Part shown: positions 43,213 to 58,085 of the stretch, in pieces
How the letters are laid out: each line of letters opens with the position of its first letter
Numbering within the stretch: the first letter of the stretch is position 1
Assembly: GCF_009914755.1 (NCBI RefSeq)
Contig: NC_060925.1
Origin: the human T2T-CHM13v2.0 reference genome, Homo sapiens
Strand: one strand, 5' to 3'
Length of the DNA stretch: 64,000 nt
The notes under the pieces: generated by a model
Told to the model about the DNA's origin: nothing
What the model saw: only the letters and a program-made list of their open reading frames with translations
The model's database searches: none
Translations under genes and position numbers: made by a program

Positions 43213-45740
43213 CTTCTAACTTTGAATTTGTGGGTTGTTACACTTCAAAACAATTTTCTCTATTGTAAAATGAAACTTAATGCACAGGTCAGAGCTTCTC
43301 TGGGCAGCCAGCCCCAGCCCTCAGGTGAACTCAGCACAGCCCTTCTGACTTACCCAGGAAGATGGGAAAAGGCGAGAGTGAAGAAGCAAGAGAGAATGAA
43401 ATGAAGAAGCCAAGTCTTCTCCTTCTTCCTTTCCCCTCCAGAGGAAAACCATCTCAAGAGCCAGAAGTGGTATAGGCCCCTAAGTCAAGCTTTTTCAAGC
43501 TCCACTTCTAATGCTCCATGCCTTAAAAAGTATGACCCAAGACTGTCCCTGAACATGGCTGATCCACGGTAACATCCTTCCTCCTGGGATAGTCTCAGAG
43601 GTGCGTGAGGGGAGCACCATGAACTTTCTCAACCTACAGGCCAACATATTTTATTTTATATTCTTATGTCACTATCTCAGAACTTAATAGCCACTGTATG
43701 GCAAAATAAATAATTGGGTTTTTGTGACGAGCCTTTGAAATGTCCTTCCCACTGCGGATGTGCCACACTGTCTCCTAATTCTCCCCTTACAAGCAGACGT
43801 AATCCATGTTTCTGAATGAATTTATAATATGAAACCTTCAAAGGGTGGCATGTAAGTTCCACAGACCTCATTTTTACAACAAGGAAAGATTCTTTCCAGG
43901 AAAAGATTTTGAAGACCTGAATACTAAGTGAGTGGTGCTATTATATGCATGTGAAACAGAAATGTCTCCCAGTCTTTGGTAACTGGTGCAGTAGACCAGA
44001 GCTGGTTTTAATTATGTAGAAATGACTGATTACAGTAAAAACTCAACCTGGAAAACTGCCTCAGAGTTAGAGTAAAGGATTTATAAGAATTTAGAGTTGG
44101 CAGAGACCAAAGTGATCATCTTATTCACTGGTGCCTTACGTTTTATTTAATCCACTCAACAAATGTTTACTGAATGCCCGTTATGTGCAGGGAATGCAAG
44201 TACAAAAATCTTTTTTTAATATTAAAAAAGGTCACAGACCATCATATGATAGCATTGTAATTCTGGACATTCAGAAAATTATTTAATAAAGTAAAATCAA
44301 CTACAAACTTAATAAAAGTTTAAATATTATATTTTAATAATTATGACATTACCTACATTGAAAATTAGTAGTATACACATGTATAAGATGTATTATTCAT
44401 TCCATTGACAAAATGCTTGATTCACAAACATTCCTAAAATTCCTTGCAGGCACACCTAAGTTCCCTCCGAGTCTAAAGCCTATAAATTGGAAATTGCTGA
44501 CTAGTTCAATAAGCTCATTTTACTGATGATGAAAATCAATAAATAACTTACATCTGGTCTTATAACTAGTGGTAGAGCTAGCAGCTCCAACTCCTAACCC
44601 AGAGCCTCACTGTGTCATGTAGTTTCTGCCTATCTGCTGTCTATTCAATTATGTGACAGAGAACACTAACTGACCCCCATGATTTATTCTCTTCCTCTTC
44701 AGCCCCACAAGTTTCAACCGGGCACATGGGTCACCAGATGGAGACTACATTTCCCAGCTCCTCTTGCAGGCTGGCATGTCCATGTGACTGACTATGGCCC
44801 GTGAATGTAAGTGGAATTGATGAGTCCAATTTCTAGGTCACATCCTTATAAAAGAAGCTATTACAACTCCACATCCTAGCCCTCCTCCCCCCAAATTCTG
44901 CACTGCTGAAACAGTTTTGACTGTGCAGATTAAGTCAGAATCCTGGAGGCAAATGCAATAAATAGAAAGAATCTGACCCCCTGGGTGCCCTCAATGAACA
45001 GGACCACCTTTCACTGCTGCAACCCCTTCTGGACTGGTATGTGAAAGAGAAAGAAACTTCTATTTCATCTTAGCTACCATATTTGCAAGTTCCTTTGTGG
45101 CAGAACTTTAGTCAAACCTAACCAAAATAACATAATATACTCACATAAAAGGTTACAAGGTGAGAGGATAAGAGCAATAGCAAAATGTGCTTCTGAAAAT
45201 AAGGACAGTGTTTCATTTGTATTTCTAATTAATTGCATTACGTTTGATCTTGGTGATCATAGAAGAAAATTAATCTCAGACTATAGAGGCCCCTGGTATT
45301 TACCATGGTGTGGTATCCTCCCATGCTCTATCAGAGTTGGTCTGTGTGACCAATAGAATATGACAGAAGTGATAATGTGTGACTGCTGAGGCTAGATTAT
45401 AACAGCAGTGTTGCTTCTGCCAGGATTTTCTCAGGTAGATCACTTTTTCTGAGGGAATCCAAGTGCCATGCCATGAGGACACTCAGGCAGCCCTATAAAG
45501 AGGCCCACATGGCCAAAATCTTGAGGCCTCCAGTCAATAGCAAACAAGAAACTGAGATGAGCATGGAAGTAGATACTCAAGCTTCAATGAAATCTTCAGA
45601 TAACTGCAGCCCCAGGAGACATCCAGTTTACCTCATAGGAGAGCCTGAGACAGAACCACCTAGCCAGGGAATGTAAATTGGTATAGCCGTTATAGAAAAA
45701 ATATGGAGGTTCCTCAAAAAAATGAAACAGAAGTTCATAC

Positions 45741-46122
45741 TGTATTAGTCCATTCTCACACTGCTATAAAGAACTACATGAGACTGGGTAATTTATAAAG
45801 AAAAGAGGTTTAATTTGGTCATGGTTCTGCAGGCTGTACAGGAAGCATAGCTAGGGAGGCCTAGGGAAACTTACAATCATGGCAGAAGGGGAAGCTGTTA
45901 CATCTTATATGGCTGGAGCAGGAGGAAGAAAGCAAGGTGGAAGGTGCTTACACACTTTTAAACAACCAGACCTCACAATAACTCACTCACTGTCACAAGA
46001 ACAGCACCAAAGGGGAGATCCACCACCATGATCCAATCACCCTCCACAAGGCCCCACCTCCGACATTGGGGATTACAATTTCACATGAGATTTGGGCAGG
46101 GACACAGACCCAAATCCTATCA
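45741..46122 (-). mobile_element. MSTA solo LTR
   Basis: TGTATTAGTCC...TATCA; perfect 5-bp TSD catac. Confidence 0.93.
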
Positions 46123-46181
46123 CATACAGTCTAACAATCCCACTTTTGAGTATATCTCCAAAGGAAATGAAATCAGTATCA

Positions 46182-46625
<444 letters not shown>

Positions 46626-47757
46626 TCAGCTATAATAAAATATGTGAATCCTACCATTTGCAACAACATGGATGAAATTGAAGGACATTATGCTAACTGA
46701 AATAAAACAGACACAGATATACAAATACTCTATGATCTCATTTATATGTGGAATCTAAAAAATGTGAACTCATAGAGGCAGGGAATAGAATGGTAGCTAC
46801 CAGGGGCTGGGCAGGGGCAGGTGGGGAGATGTTGATTAAAGAGTACAAATTTTTAGACATAAGATGAATAAGTTCTGGGTTTCTAATTTACAGCATGGTT
46901 ATTATAGTTAATAATACTGTATTATTCACTTGAAATTTGCTAATTGAGTGGACCTTAAGTGCCTTTACCACACACACACACGCGCGCACACACGCACACA
47001 CACACAAAATGGTAACTAAGTGTGGTGATAGATGTGTTCATTAATTTGACAGTGGTAATCATTATACAATGTATACATATAGCAAATCACCATGTTGTAT
47101 ACCTTGAACATATACAATTTTTGTCAATTATACAATTTGTAAAGATGGGGGTAAAAACCTAGCTAAGTCACTCCCAATTCCTGACCTACAGAAACTGTGC
47201 TATAATAAATGTTTGTTGTTTTAAGCCACTAAACTTTGGGTTAATTCATTATACAGCAAGAGATACCTCATACACTTATTGAATGTGTTTGGCAGGTGAC
47301 CTGATACAGAGCCTACTAGAAATGTTACATGCTAGAAATGTTGACCTACCTCACCTGGTGAATGGGTTAGTTCCGTAGAAAATTTAGTTTATGCTCCCTA
47401 ATTTTCTATAGGATTAGAGGTAATAATACCTATAAACATATCTCTTCTTAATGAATTTTTTGTATGTTATTTTTGTGGATAAGGGTGGGGATAGGTAATC
47501 TCACCATGTATTACCCCAGAATCCAGACAAAAGAGACAAGTTGGCATCAAGTTATACAATTGATTTACATTTTAATTTTTTCTGATATTTAGGTGAAATT
47601 AAGTTGTAAGTATAGAAGCCAATTCTTTCATTAATCATTTAAACAGCTGTTCAATGCACGTGACTAGTACCTGGTATAGTTTCTAGAAATCATAGTAGAA
47701 GTCATGGACTCCTCCCTCTCCCTCAGTCAAAATCCAGCCAGTCACTGAGTCCTGTAA

Positions 47758-48256
<499 letters not shown>

Positions 48257-48692
48257 CATATTTTAATGTTCTGAAAAGTCCAGGACCCAGGAAGGAACAT
48301 CATCAAAGAGAAATGGGCTGACCTGGCCGCTAGCATCCCAGTGACCAGTCATTCATCCTCTAGATATTCCATAAGTGTCTGCTATGTGCCAGACCTGGCC
48401 CAAGGTACTGAGCGAAAGGCCCAGTTCCTACCCTGGGCTCTTACAGTCTAACTGTCAGCGCTGCTTCCCACGCCCCCAGGGCTCCCTCAGCTTCTCCCCA
48501 CACCCCACCGCAAGTTGGCAGGTGGAGGCAAGATTCCACCTGTCCTTTCCCTTCACCTCATGGAGAGGGCTTTTGAGTACAGCTGGGGCAGGGGAGGTCA
48601 GGATGGTGGGCTCACTGGGAAACTGGATGACAAGGAGTATCACTCTCTGCTATGTCAAATAGCTGCAGAAGAACTCAGACTGACATGTTTTC

Positions 48693-49845
<1,153 letters not shown>

Positions 49846-50258
49846 AGACAGATATGTTTTCAAACACGCAAGGAGCTTAGGGAACAAGAACTACATTTTC
49901 ATTCTGTATCCAAAACAATGTTTTGATATCCCAAATGCTGTAACAGTACCATAGTCCCAGAGAGTCCTGGGCTGGCCTCTGGAGACCTGTGTGCCATGCA
50001 GTGTGCACTGAGTACATAGGCCAGCTCAGTTGGCACCTTGGTCTTTAATGCAGATGAAGCCAGGGTCCCCTACTGGTTACAAATAGGCCTTATTTTTCTT
50101 AAAGAGTATTTATCTGCTAAGACAATGCAAACCAATATTGGGATCCATTTTACAAAAGAGGTTTAGGGAAGTTTTTAGGGGAAAAGCTGTTTATCATTGT
50201 TTCCATTTGGGGATAACACTCCCTACCTCATTGGTTTGTCCCTGCTCTCCAATATCCT

Positions 50259-50411
50259 CGTACTGGGTTGAATAGCATCCCCCTCAAAATTCATGTCCTC
50301 CCAGGCTTCAGAATGTGATTTGTTTGGAAATACAGTCTTTGTAGATAGAATTAGTTAAGGTGACATCATACCAGATTAGGGTGGGCCCTAAATCCAATGA
50401 CTGGCATTGTT
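50259..50411 (+). mobile_element. MLT1B-like LTR 5' part, host of the SVA; resumes only at 51506-51520
   Basis: 'gggttgaatagcatccccctcaaaattcatgtcc...ggtgggccctaaatccaatgactgg'. Confidence 0.85.
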
Positions 50412-51494
50412 TTTTTTTTTTTTTAATTTTATTTATTTATTTATTTATTTATTTTTTATTGATCATTCTTGGGTGTTTCTCACAGAGGGGGATTTGGCAG
50501 GGTCATAGGACAATAGTGGAGGGAAGGTCAGCAGATAAACAAGTGAACAAAGGTCTCTGGTTTTCCTAGGCAGAGGACCCTGCGGCCTTCCGCAGTGTTT
50601 GTGTCCCTGGGTACTTGAGATTAGGGAGTGGTGATGACTCTTAAGGAGCATGCTGCCTTCAAGCATCTGTTTAACAAAGCACATCTTGCACCGCCCTTAA
50701 TCCATTTAACCCTGAGTGGACACAGCACATGTTTCAGAGAGCACAGGGTTGGGGGTAAGGTCACAGATCAACAGGATCCCAAGGCAGAAGAATTTTTCTT
50801 AGTATAGAACAAAATGAAAAGTCTCCCATGTCTACTTCTTTCTACACAGACGCGGCAACCATCCGATTTCTCAATCTTTTCCCCACCTTTCCCGCCTTTC
50901 TATTCCACAAAACCGCCATTGTCATCATGGCCCGTTCTCAATGAGCTGTTGGGCACACCTCCCAGACGGGGTGGTGGCCGGGCAGAGGGGCTCCTCACTT
51001 CCCAGTAGGGGCGGCCGGGCAGAGGCGCCCCTCACCTCCCGGACGGGGCGGCTGGCCGGGCGGGGGGCTGACCCCCCCACCTCCCTCCCGGACGGGGTGG
51101 CTGCCAGGCGGAGACGCTCCTCACTTCCCAGACGGGGCGGCTGCCGGGCGGAGGGGCTTCTCACTTCTCAGACGGGGCGGCTGCCGGGCGGAGGGGCTCC
51201 TCACTTCTCAGACGGGGCGGCTGCCGGGGGGAGGGGCTCCTCACTTCTCAGAGGGGGCGGCTGCCGGGCGGAGGGGCTCCTCACTTCTCAGACGGGGTGG
51301 CTGCCGGGCGGAGAGGCTCCTCACTTCTCAGACGGGGTGGCCGGGCAGATGCTCCTCACCTCCCAGACGGGGTCGCGGCCGGGCAGAGGCGCTCCTCACA
51401 TCCCAGACGGGGCGGCGGGGCAGAGGCGCTCCCCACATCTCAGACGATGGGCGGCCAGGCAGAGACGCTCTTCACTTCCTAGATGGGATGGCGG
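50412..51494 (-). mobile_element. SVA (SVA_D-like), 5'-truncated within the VNTR
   Basis: Poly(A), SINE-R (~50455-50950) and GC-rich ~40-bp VNTR; perfect TSD ctggcattgtt (50401-50411 / 51495-51505). Confidence 0.96.
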
Positions 51495-51520
51495 CTGGCA
51501 TTGTTAAAAGAAGGCCATGT

Positions 51521-51800
51521 GGACCAGGCACGATGGCTCATACCTGTAACCTCAGCACTTTGGGAGGCCAAGACAGGCAGATCACTTGAGGCCAGGAGTT
51601 CAAGATCAGCCTGGCCAATATGGTGAAACCCTGTCTGTACTAAAAATACAAAAAAATTAGCCGGGCGTGGTGGCACCCACCTGTGGTCCCAGCTACTTGA
51701 AAGGCTGACATGGAAGAATCCCCTGGGCCCGGGAGGTTGAGGCTGCAGTGAGATCGCACCACTGCACTCCAGCCTGGACAACAAGAGTGAAACTCTGTCT

Positions 51801-51837
<37 letters not shown>
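51521..51837 (+). mobile_element. Alu, apparently chimeric, with an A36 tail and no TSD
   Basis: S-type left arm and J-type features in the right arm. Confidence 0.9.
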
Positions 51838-51839
<2 letters not shown>

Positions 51840-53801
51840 CACTTACTATACTACCAGATGCTGTGGTCAATGTCAATGTGCTATGGACATGATCCAAGAC
51901 CTCGCGGAGATCACCTTTTAGAAGGGCAAGCAAACATTAATTACAAAACAAGTGTAGCATTGCTACTATGGGAAGTACTGCTGCAGAACATTAACATGGG
52001 ATTTCAACTGTGCTTTGGCTGAGGACACAAGACAGTAGTTGGCAAGTGCTCCCTTATCCCAGAGTGAATTACTAGCTCAGCTGTACAGGCCTTGCAAAGG
52101 AGGCTGTGAACTGATTTTGACACCTTAGCTGACTGTCCTCTCCAACCTAGGAAAGAGGTTGGAGTTTCTGAGAGGAAGGCTAGAAACACAGAAGGAGGAT
52201 TTGATGGGTGGACAGTGTGTGGTTCACCCCACCTCCCTACAATGCAGAAGAGGCCATGGGCCTGCAGGAGACCTTCTGGAACCATTGACTGTGTCACTGG
52301 AGGTGGAGTTTTGATTGGTATCTGTTTTGTGACTGGGAAATCTAAAGGCCAGGAGTCTGACTGAAGCTGCCCATGGCAACAGTGCAGAGGGTACAATTTG
52401 GGAAGTTTACTCCCCTGACAACAGGTCAGAGGTGCATTTTGCCATGAAACTGAAGTTCAGACATCCAAAGGATGAGCTGTGAGTTGACCAGGAGGCTCCT
52501 TAAAGGGGCTTTGCCCCAAAAGGCCACTTTTAAAGTTATCCCAACAGAAAGCATTAAATCCTTGAGAACAGGGGCTTCAGGGGGAGATTCAAATGGGCAC
52601 CTGATCCCCTCTGAGATTTGGGTGAGGGATCACCCGAATCAGGGAAGTACAGGTGAGAGATCCCGGGAGCAGGGTCGCCAAAGAATCTCAGAGCAGCCCA
52701 TGGGAGAATTCGGAACACCTGCCAGCCCAAAGAGCACAGAGCGCAAGCACTCAGCAGAAGATTTTCAGCCCCTTATCCTACCTCCCCTCTAACCCTGCAG
52801 AAATCAGAAGTTGCACCTGGTGGCGGAATGGGAATAGAGCTGGAAGGAGAAACTGGAGCGGTAGAGAGAGAAGCTGACCACATCCCCATTTCCTACTGCA
52901 GGTTTCCTGCCCACAACGGGCCAACATTGAATGATTCATAGTTTTTATTATTCCTCCAGACTGGACACAATTAACTACCAAGAGCTAAAGTGACAGAGCA
53001 CTTTTCATGACCAGATAATCTATGGTGGCTGCTAGAGGAAACTGTCCCCTCAGGGTGGTTTACAGGGGTAATCATGGGAAAAAATAAATTTGTCTTATGA
53101 CTGGGCTCTTCAAATTCTACACTTTCAATTACACCATGAAAGGGAGGCAAATGGCGCTGTAAGTGCATATGACAGAGGGTTTGACCTGAAAGGAGGAGGT
53201 GAGGGGAACACAGACAGGGCCTTGGGTAGTGGGGAATCTTGAAGGATTGCAGCAGCAGCAGCAAAGGGGGTGTGAAGAGCAAATAAGGAGGAGGGGTAGG
53301 AATTGAGTTCAGGATGGGCTTTCTGAATTGCCCTATGGGAGATGGAATGGTTTGGGGTGACTTTCAGGTAGAGACCATGGTCATACAAAGTGGTATGTGG
53401 GTGAAAGTGAGAAGAAGGTGAACTGGAGAGGGAGAACTAAAGAGGCCGGGGGTGGGGGCCACTCATGAGATGTGAACTCTAGCCAAGATGATGGCAGGGC
53501 TGGAGACAGACAGGAGGGCTATGACTGTAGTCATCAATGAGCAGGGAGGAGCAGATCGGGAAGTCTGCATGAACCACAAAGGAACAGGGCTTCACAGACA
53601 TGACCAAGAGTTGGGAAGACAGGAGATTCAGATGGCTCAGTGGAAGGGTTTGGGAAAGAGGAAGTGAGTGGGAAACTGGGAGGAGGAGAGGGAGCACCAC
53701 GTTTTGATGGGGTTAGATCATGAAGTGGGGGTTACAGCTGTAGGTCAACCAATGAATATAGGAATGTGAGGAGAGATGATTGAGTCCCTGATGGTATTCT
53801 A

Positions 53802-53948
53802 CAGCCTTGCTGCTCAAAGGGTGGTCTGAGGACCAGCAGCATCAACGTCACCTGAGAACTTGATGTCAGGCCCCACTGTGGACAAATGGGATCCGATTCC
53901 GCATATGACAAGCCACATAAGTAGTTCTGCGCTAGAGTTTGACAAACA
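53802..53948. mobile_element. MER5A-like hAT MITE
   Basis: 'gctgctcaaagggtggtctgaggaccagcagcatcaacgtcacctgagaactt..agagtttga'. Confidence 0.75.
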
Positions 53949-54124
53949 ATCCTGGGAGGAACACTGTGAGGTTACCATTTGTAGCTGGATATTCCTTATT
54001 TTTTAGTCCATAGGAGGCTGTTTCCTGGCCTTCTGGTGCAACATCTATAGGAAAATTGATTTTAGGAGGCATTACAAATAAGCCATTTGGCACATGGCCA
54101 CTTAACAGGCTGCTGCGATGGTTT

Positions 54125-54437
<313 letters not shown>

Positions 54438-56202
54438 CTGCTGTGATGGTTTTTAGAGACTGATCTATGGCCCAGTCTGTGGATGCTGTTTGGTGGGGAT
54501 ACTGTAGCTGAGTGGAATTGAAGTCAGTTTCACATATGAACAGAGTAAATGATTGGAGGGAGTAGGCAAAGATAAAGCCCCCATGTATCTCCCCATCAGC
54601 TTGCATGCTTTAGGCCTGACATCCCACATCTCCCACTCCTGTAGCCAACTCCATAGGTATTTACTGGATGTGCACCAAGGGCCAGGCAGGCACTCTTAAA
54701 CATCCCCTTCAATTTCCACAGCCTTTGCATAAACCAGCCCACATTTTAATTTTTATTCTCATAACCACGTTTTGAAGGTAGAAGATACTTTCTCTGTTTA
54801 CAGTCCTGGAGGATTTACCCTAAATCACAGAGCTGATCAGTGGCTGAGCTGGGATTTGAATCTAGATTCTCTAACTTCAGCGGATTTCTGCAGAAAAGGC
54901 AGGTTTGTTTATGAAGGGGCTTATTATTTATGTCATAGATACTAGAGTTTGGTGGGCCTTGACCTGTTATAAAGTGTTTGGTTTCCTAATTACATAAGCA
55001 AGAGGATTTAAAATGCAGAAAGAGGCCCTTTCAGTGACAATCTCCTTTCTGGTCCTCTCTGACCCATCTCATGGGATATCACAAAGCAAGAAGCACCTCA
55101 GAAAGCAGAGAGGCCCATTTCGATGAGCTTGTTTGGGACAATGTGCAAAGAGGCCCTGATGCCCTTTGTGGAGAGGGAGCACTTAGGAAAGCTTGGACAT
55201 GACTTTTCTGCTTCCTCACCTGGTGGAGTGGCGGCTTGGCAGCTGCATGGCTGTAAAACACCACTGTCTGGTCACTCTGCTTCTAATTGAATGCACATCA
55301 CACTAAACATATTGTTTGCAGGAGTCTTAATTTTAAAAACAAGAGAAATGTGGGAGGAATGAGCCGGCTTGCTCCATCACTTTCCAACTCTCTGCACCTG
55401 TTCTTCCATGTGATTCTCATTGTCCTCCTCGAGGGACTCCTGTGTAGTCAGGGAGACCAGGCTAGGAAAGAAGTGGAGGGAGGCCCAGAGCTTCTTTTGT
55501 CTGTATTGTTTGGCAATCTGAGCTATCCCTTTCTGTTACACAGCTTGAACATGAGAGTTGTTTTTCAAAAGCCAGGGGAAATAGCACTGGACTACTGATA
55601 TGGAAGTACCTCTGTTGATATGGAAGTACCTCTCCCATCAGCCCTCTAAATGCTTTTGAGATAAAGTGCCAGCTAGCTCCCATGGGGCATTTGCCTCAGT
55701 TGCTTACACAAGTCTAACAGAGATGGAAGGGATGGCTGTGAAATCAAAGTGAACAAGCCTATTTAAATCTTCATTACTCAGTCCCAGCAGCACCTACCAG
55801 AGCCCACAGCGCTAGCAATGGGCTCAGAGCATCTCACTGGGCTTCCAGCTGTGTTTTGTTTTTATTTTCAAATTATATGATGTGATGCCCTCAACCAGAG
55901 TTGAGGACCCAGTGACAAGGAGAGGCTGTCCTGCCACCGGTCCTGATGTTTAGTCTTTACTTGGCAGAGCACAGGGGCGTATGCTGGGTAAGCCGGTGCC
56001 AGATCTGTGAGCACCGTGGTCCAGCAGACAGAGAATTCCAAATCCAGAGAATCTAGATATTGGGAGTTTTTTGTATAATCACCCTGTTTTTGTAGCACTG
56101 GCCTCTTAAATCAATTAGGATATTGAATTTCTGAGTTGGCTATTTAAGTACATTACCAGAAAAACCTCTAAACAAAGCATGTACCTTAACCTGCCATTCT
56201 TA

Positions 56203-56595
<393 letters not shown>

Positions 56596-56910
56596 ATTCC
56601 ACAAAAGGTTCTAGGAATGAGGTTTTGATTAAATGAAAAATCATTTAACTTTTTTCCTTAGCTACTTTACCCATTAAGAGCTAGAATAAAATTGATTAGA
56701 GAAAAATAATAGCACCCATATATTGATGTCTTACTATGTGCCACGCCTTGTGTTAAGCCCTTTCATATATTTCTTATTTAATCGCCACAACAATGTCGAC
56801 TTCTCTTCCTGTTAATGGAAATATGGCTTAGATTTACCTAAATTTACAGAAGCCACTAACTGGTGGGACTAGGAATAAAACTGACATAAGTCTGTGTTTA
56901 AAGCCCTTAA

Positions 56911-57309
<399 letters not shown>

Positions 57310-58050
57310 TGAACAGTATCTTTTCTCGAATCTCTTAATAATTCTGTGAATAAGGCCGAAAAGGCCTCTTTCCCATTTTGCAGATGAAGAAACTAAGGCC
57401 CAGACAGGTTAAATGATTGACCAAGTTTCCAGAACTAGTAAATATTGGAACACCAATAAAAATGTAGGTCTTCTGACTCCTGTCCCAGTGTGAGATCCGT
57501 TCCTCTCACCACCTCTGCATATAAGCAAAGAACCATGTGCTGGAAGAGACTTGAGTGATCATGGAGTCTACAGATCTCATTTTTAATTTTCAGAAACTAA
57601 GATCCAGAATGGGGGCATTCCTTAACCAAGGTCACCCAATTATCCAATAACAGAACTGGCCCCAGAAATCAGACTCTCAATATTTGCCACTCTTTCAAAA
57701 AAAAAAAAAGAAGAAGAAGAAGAAGAAATTTGTAAGCAAAATCATCATCATTAAAAAGCATTTGAGGGAAACATTTTGCCAGTTGCTTTGGAATCATGAA
57801 AGAGGAAGCTTCAGGATGAAGCATCATTGGTTCCTGAGTTCTATCCTCAACCTGCACAGTATTTACCAAAAGATTTTGTTTCAATAATAAATTTGTTCAT
57901 AAGTCATTAATATTATGCCTGTAAAGTCATAAAGTAATTTTTCCTCGGTGTTGATGTGTAACTTGCTATTAAAGATGTTTTTATGTAGGCTACAAGAGCC
58001 TTCAAAGCACAGTGTGTCTTGCATTAGAAACTTGAACTGTGCAGACAGAA

Positions 58051-58085
58051 TGAGTCATTACAGCATCTGACACTAGAGGGCGCTC
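58051..58085 (+). promoter_or_regulatory. AP-1 site plus CTCF motif
   Basis: TGAGTCA 58051-58057; CTGACACTAGAGGGCGCTC 58067-58085 with a retained CpG, in unique sequence. Confidence 0.65.

Noticed and set aside
50925-51507. 188-aa repetitive Gly/Arg-rich ORF, and a CRISPR-like appearance of the ~40-bp repeats
   Set aside because: This is the SVA VNTR: tandem degenerate units without unique spacers, in a primate genome.
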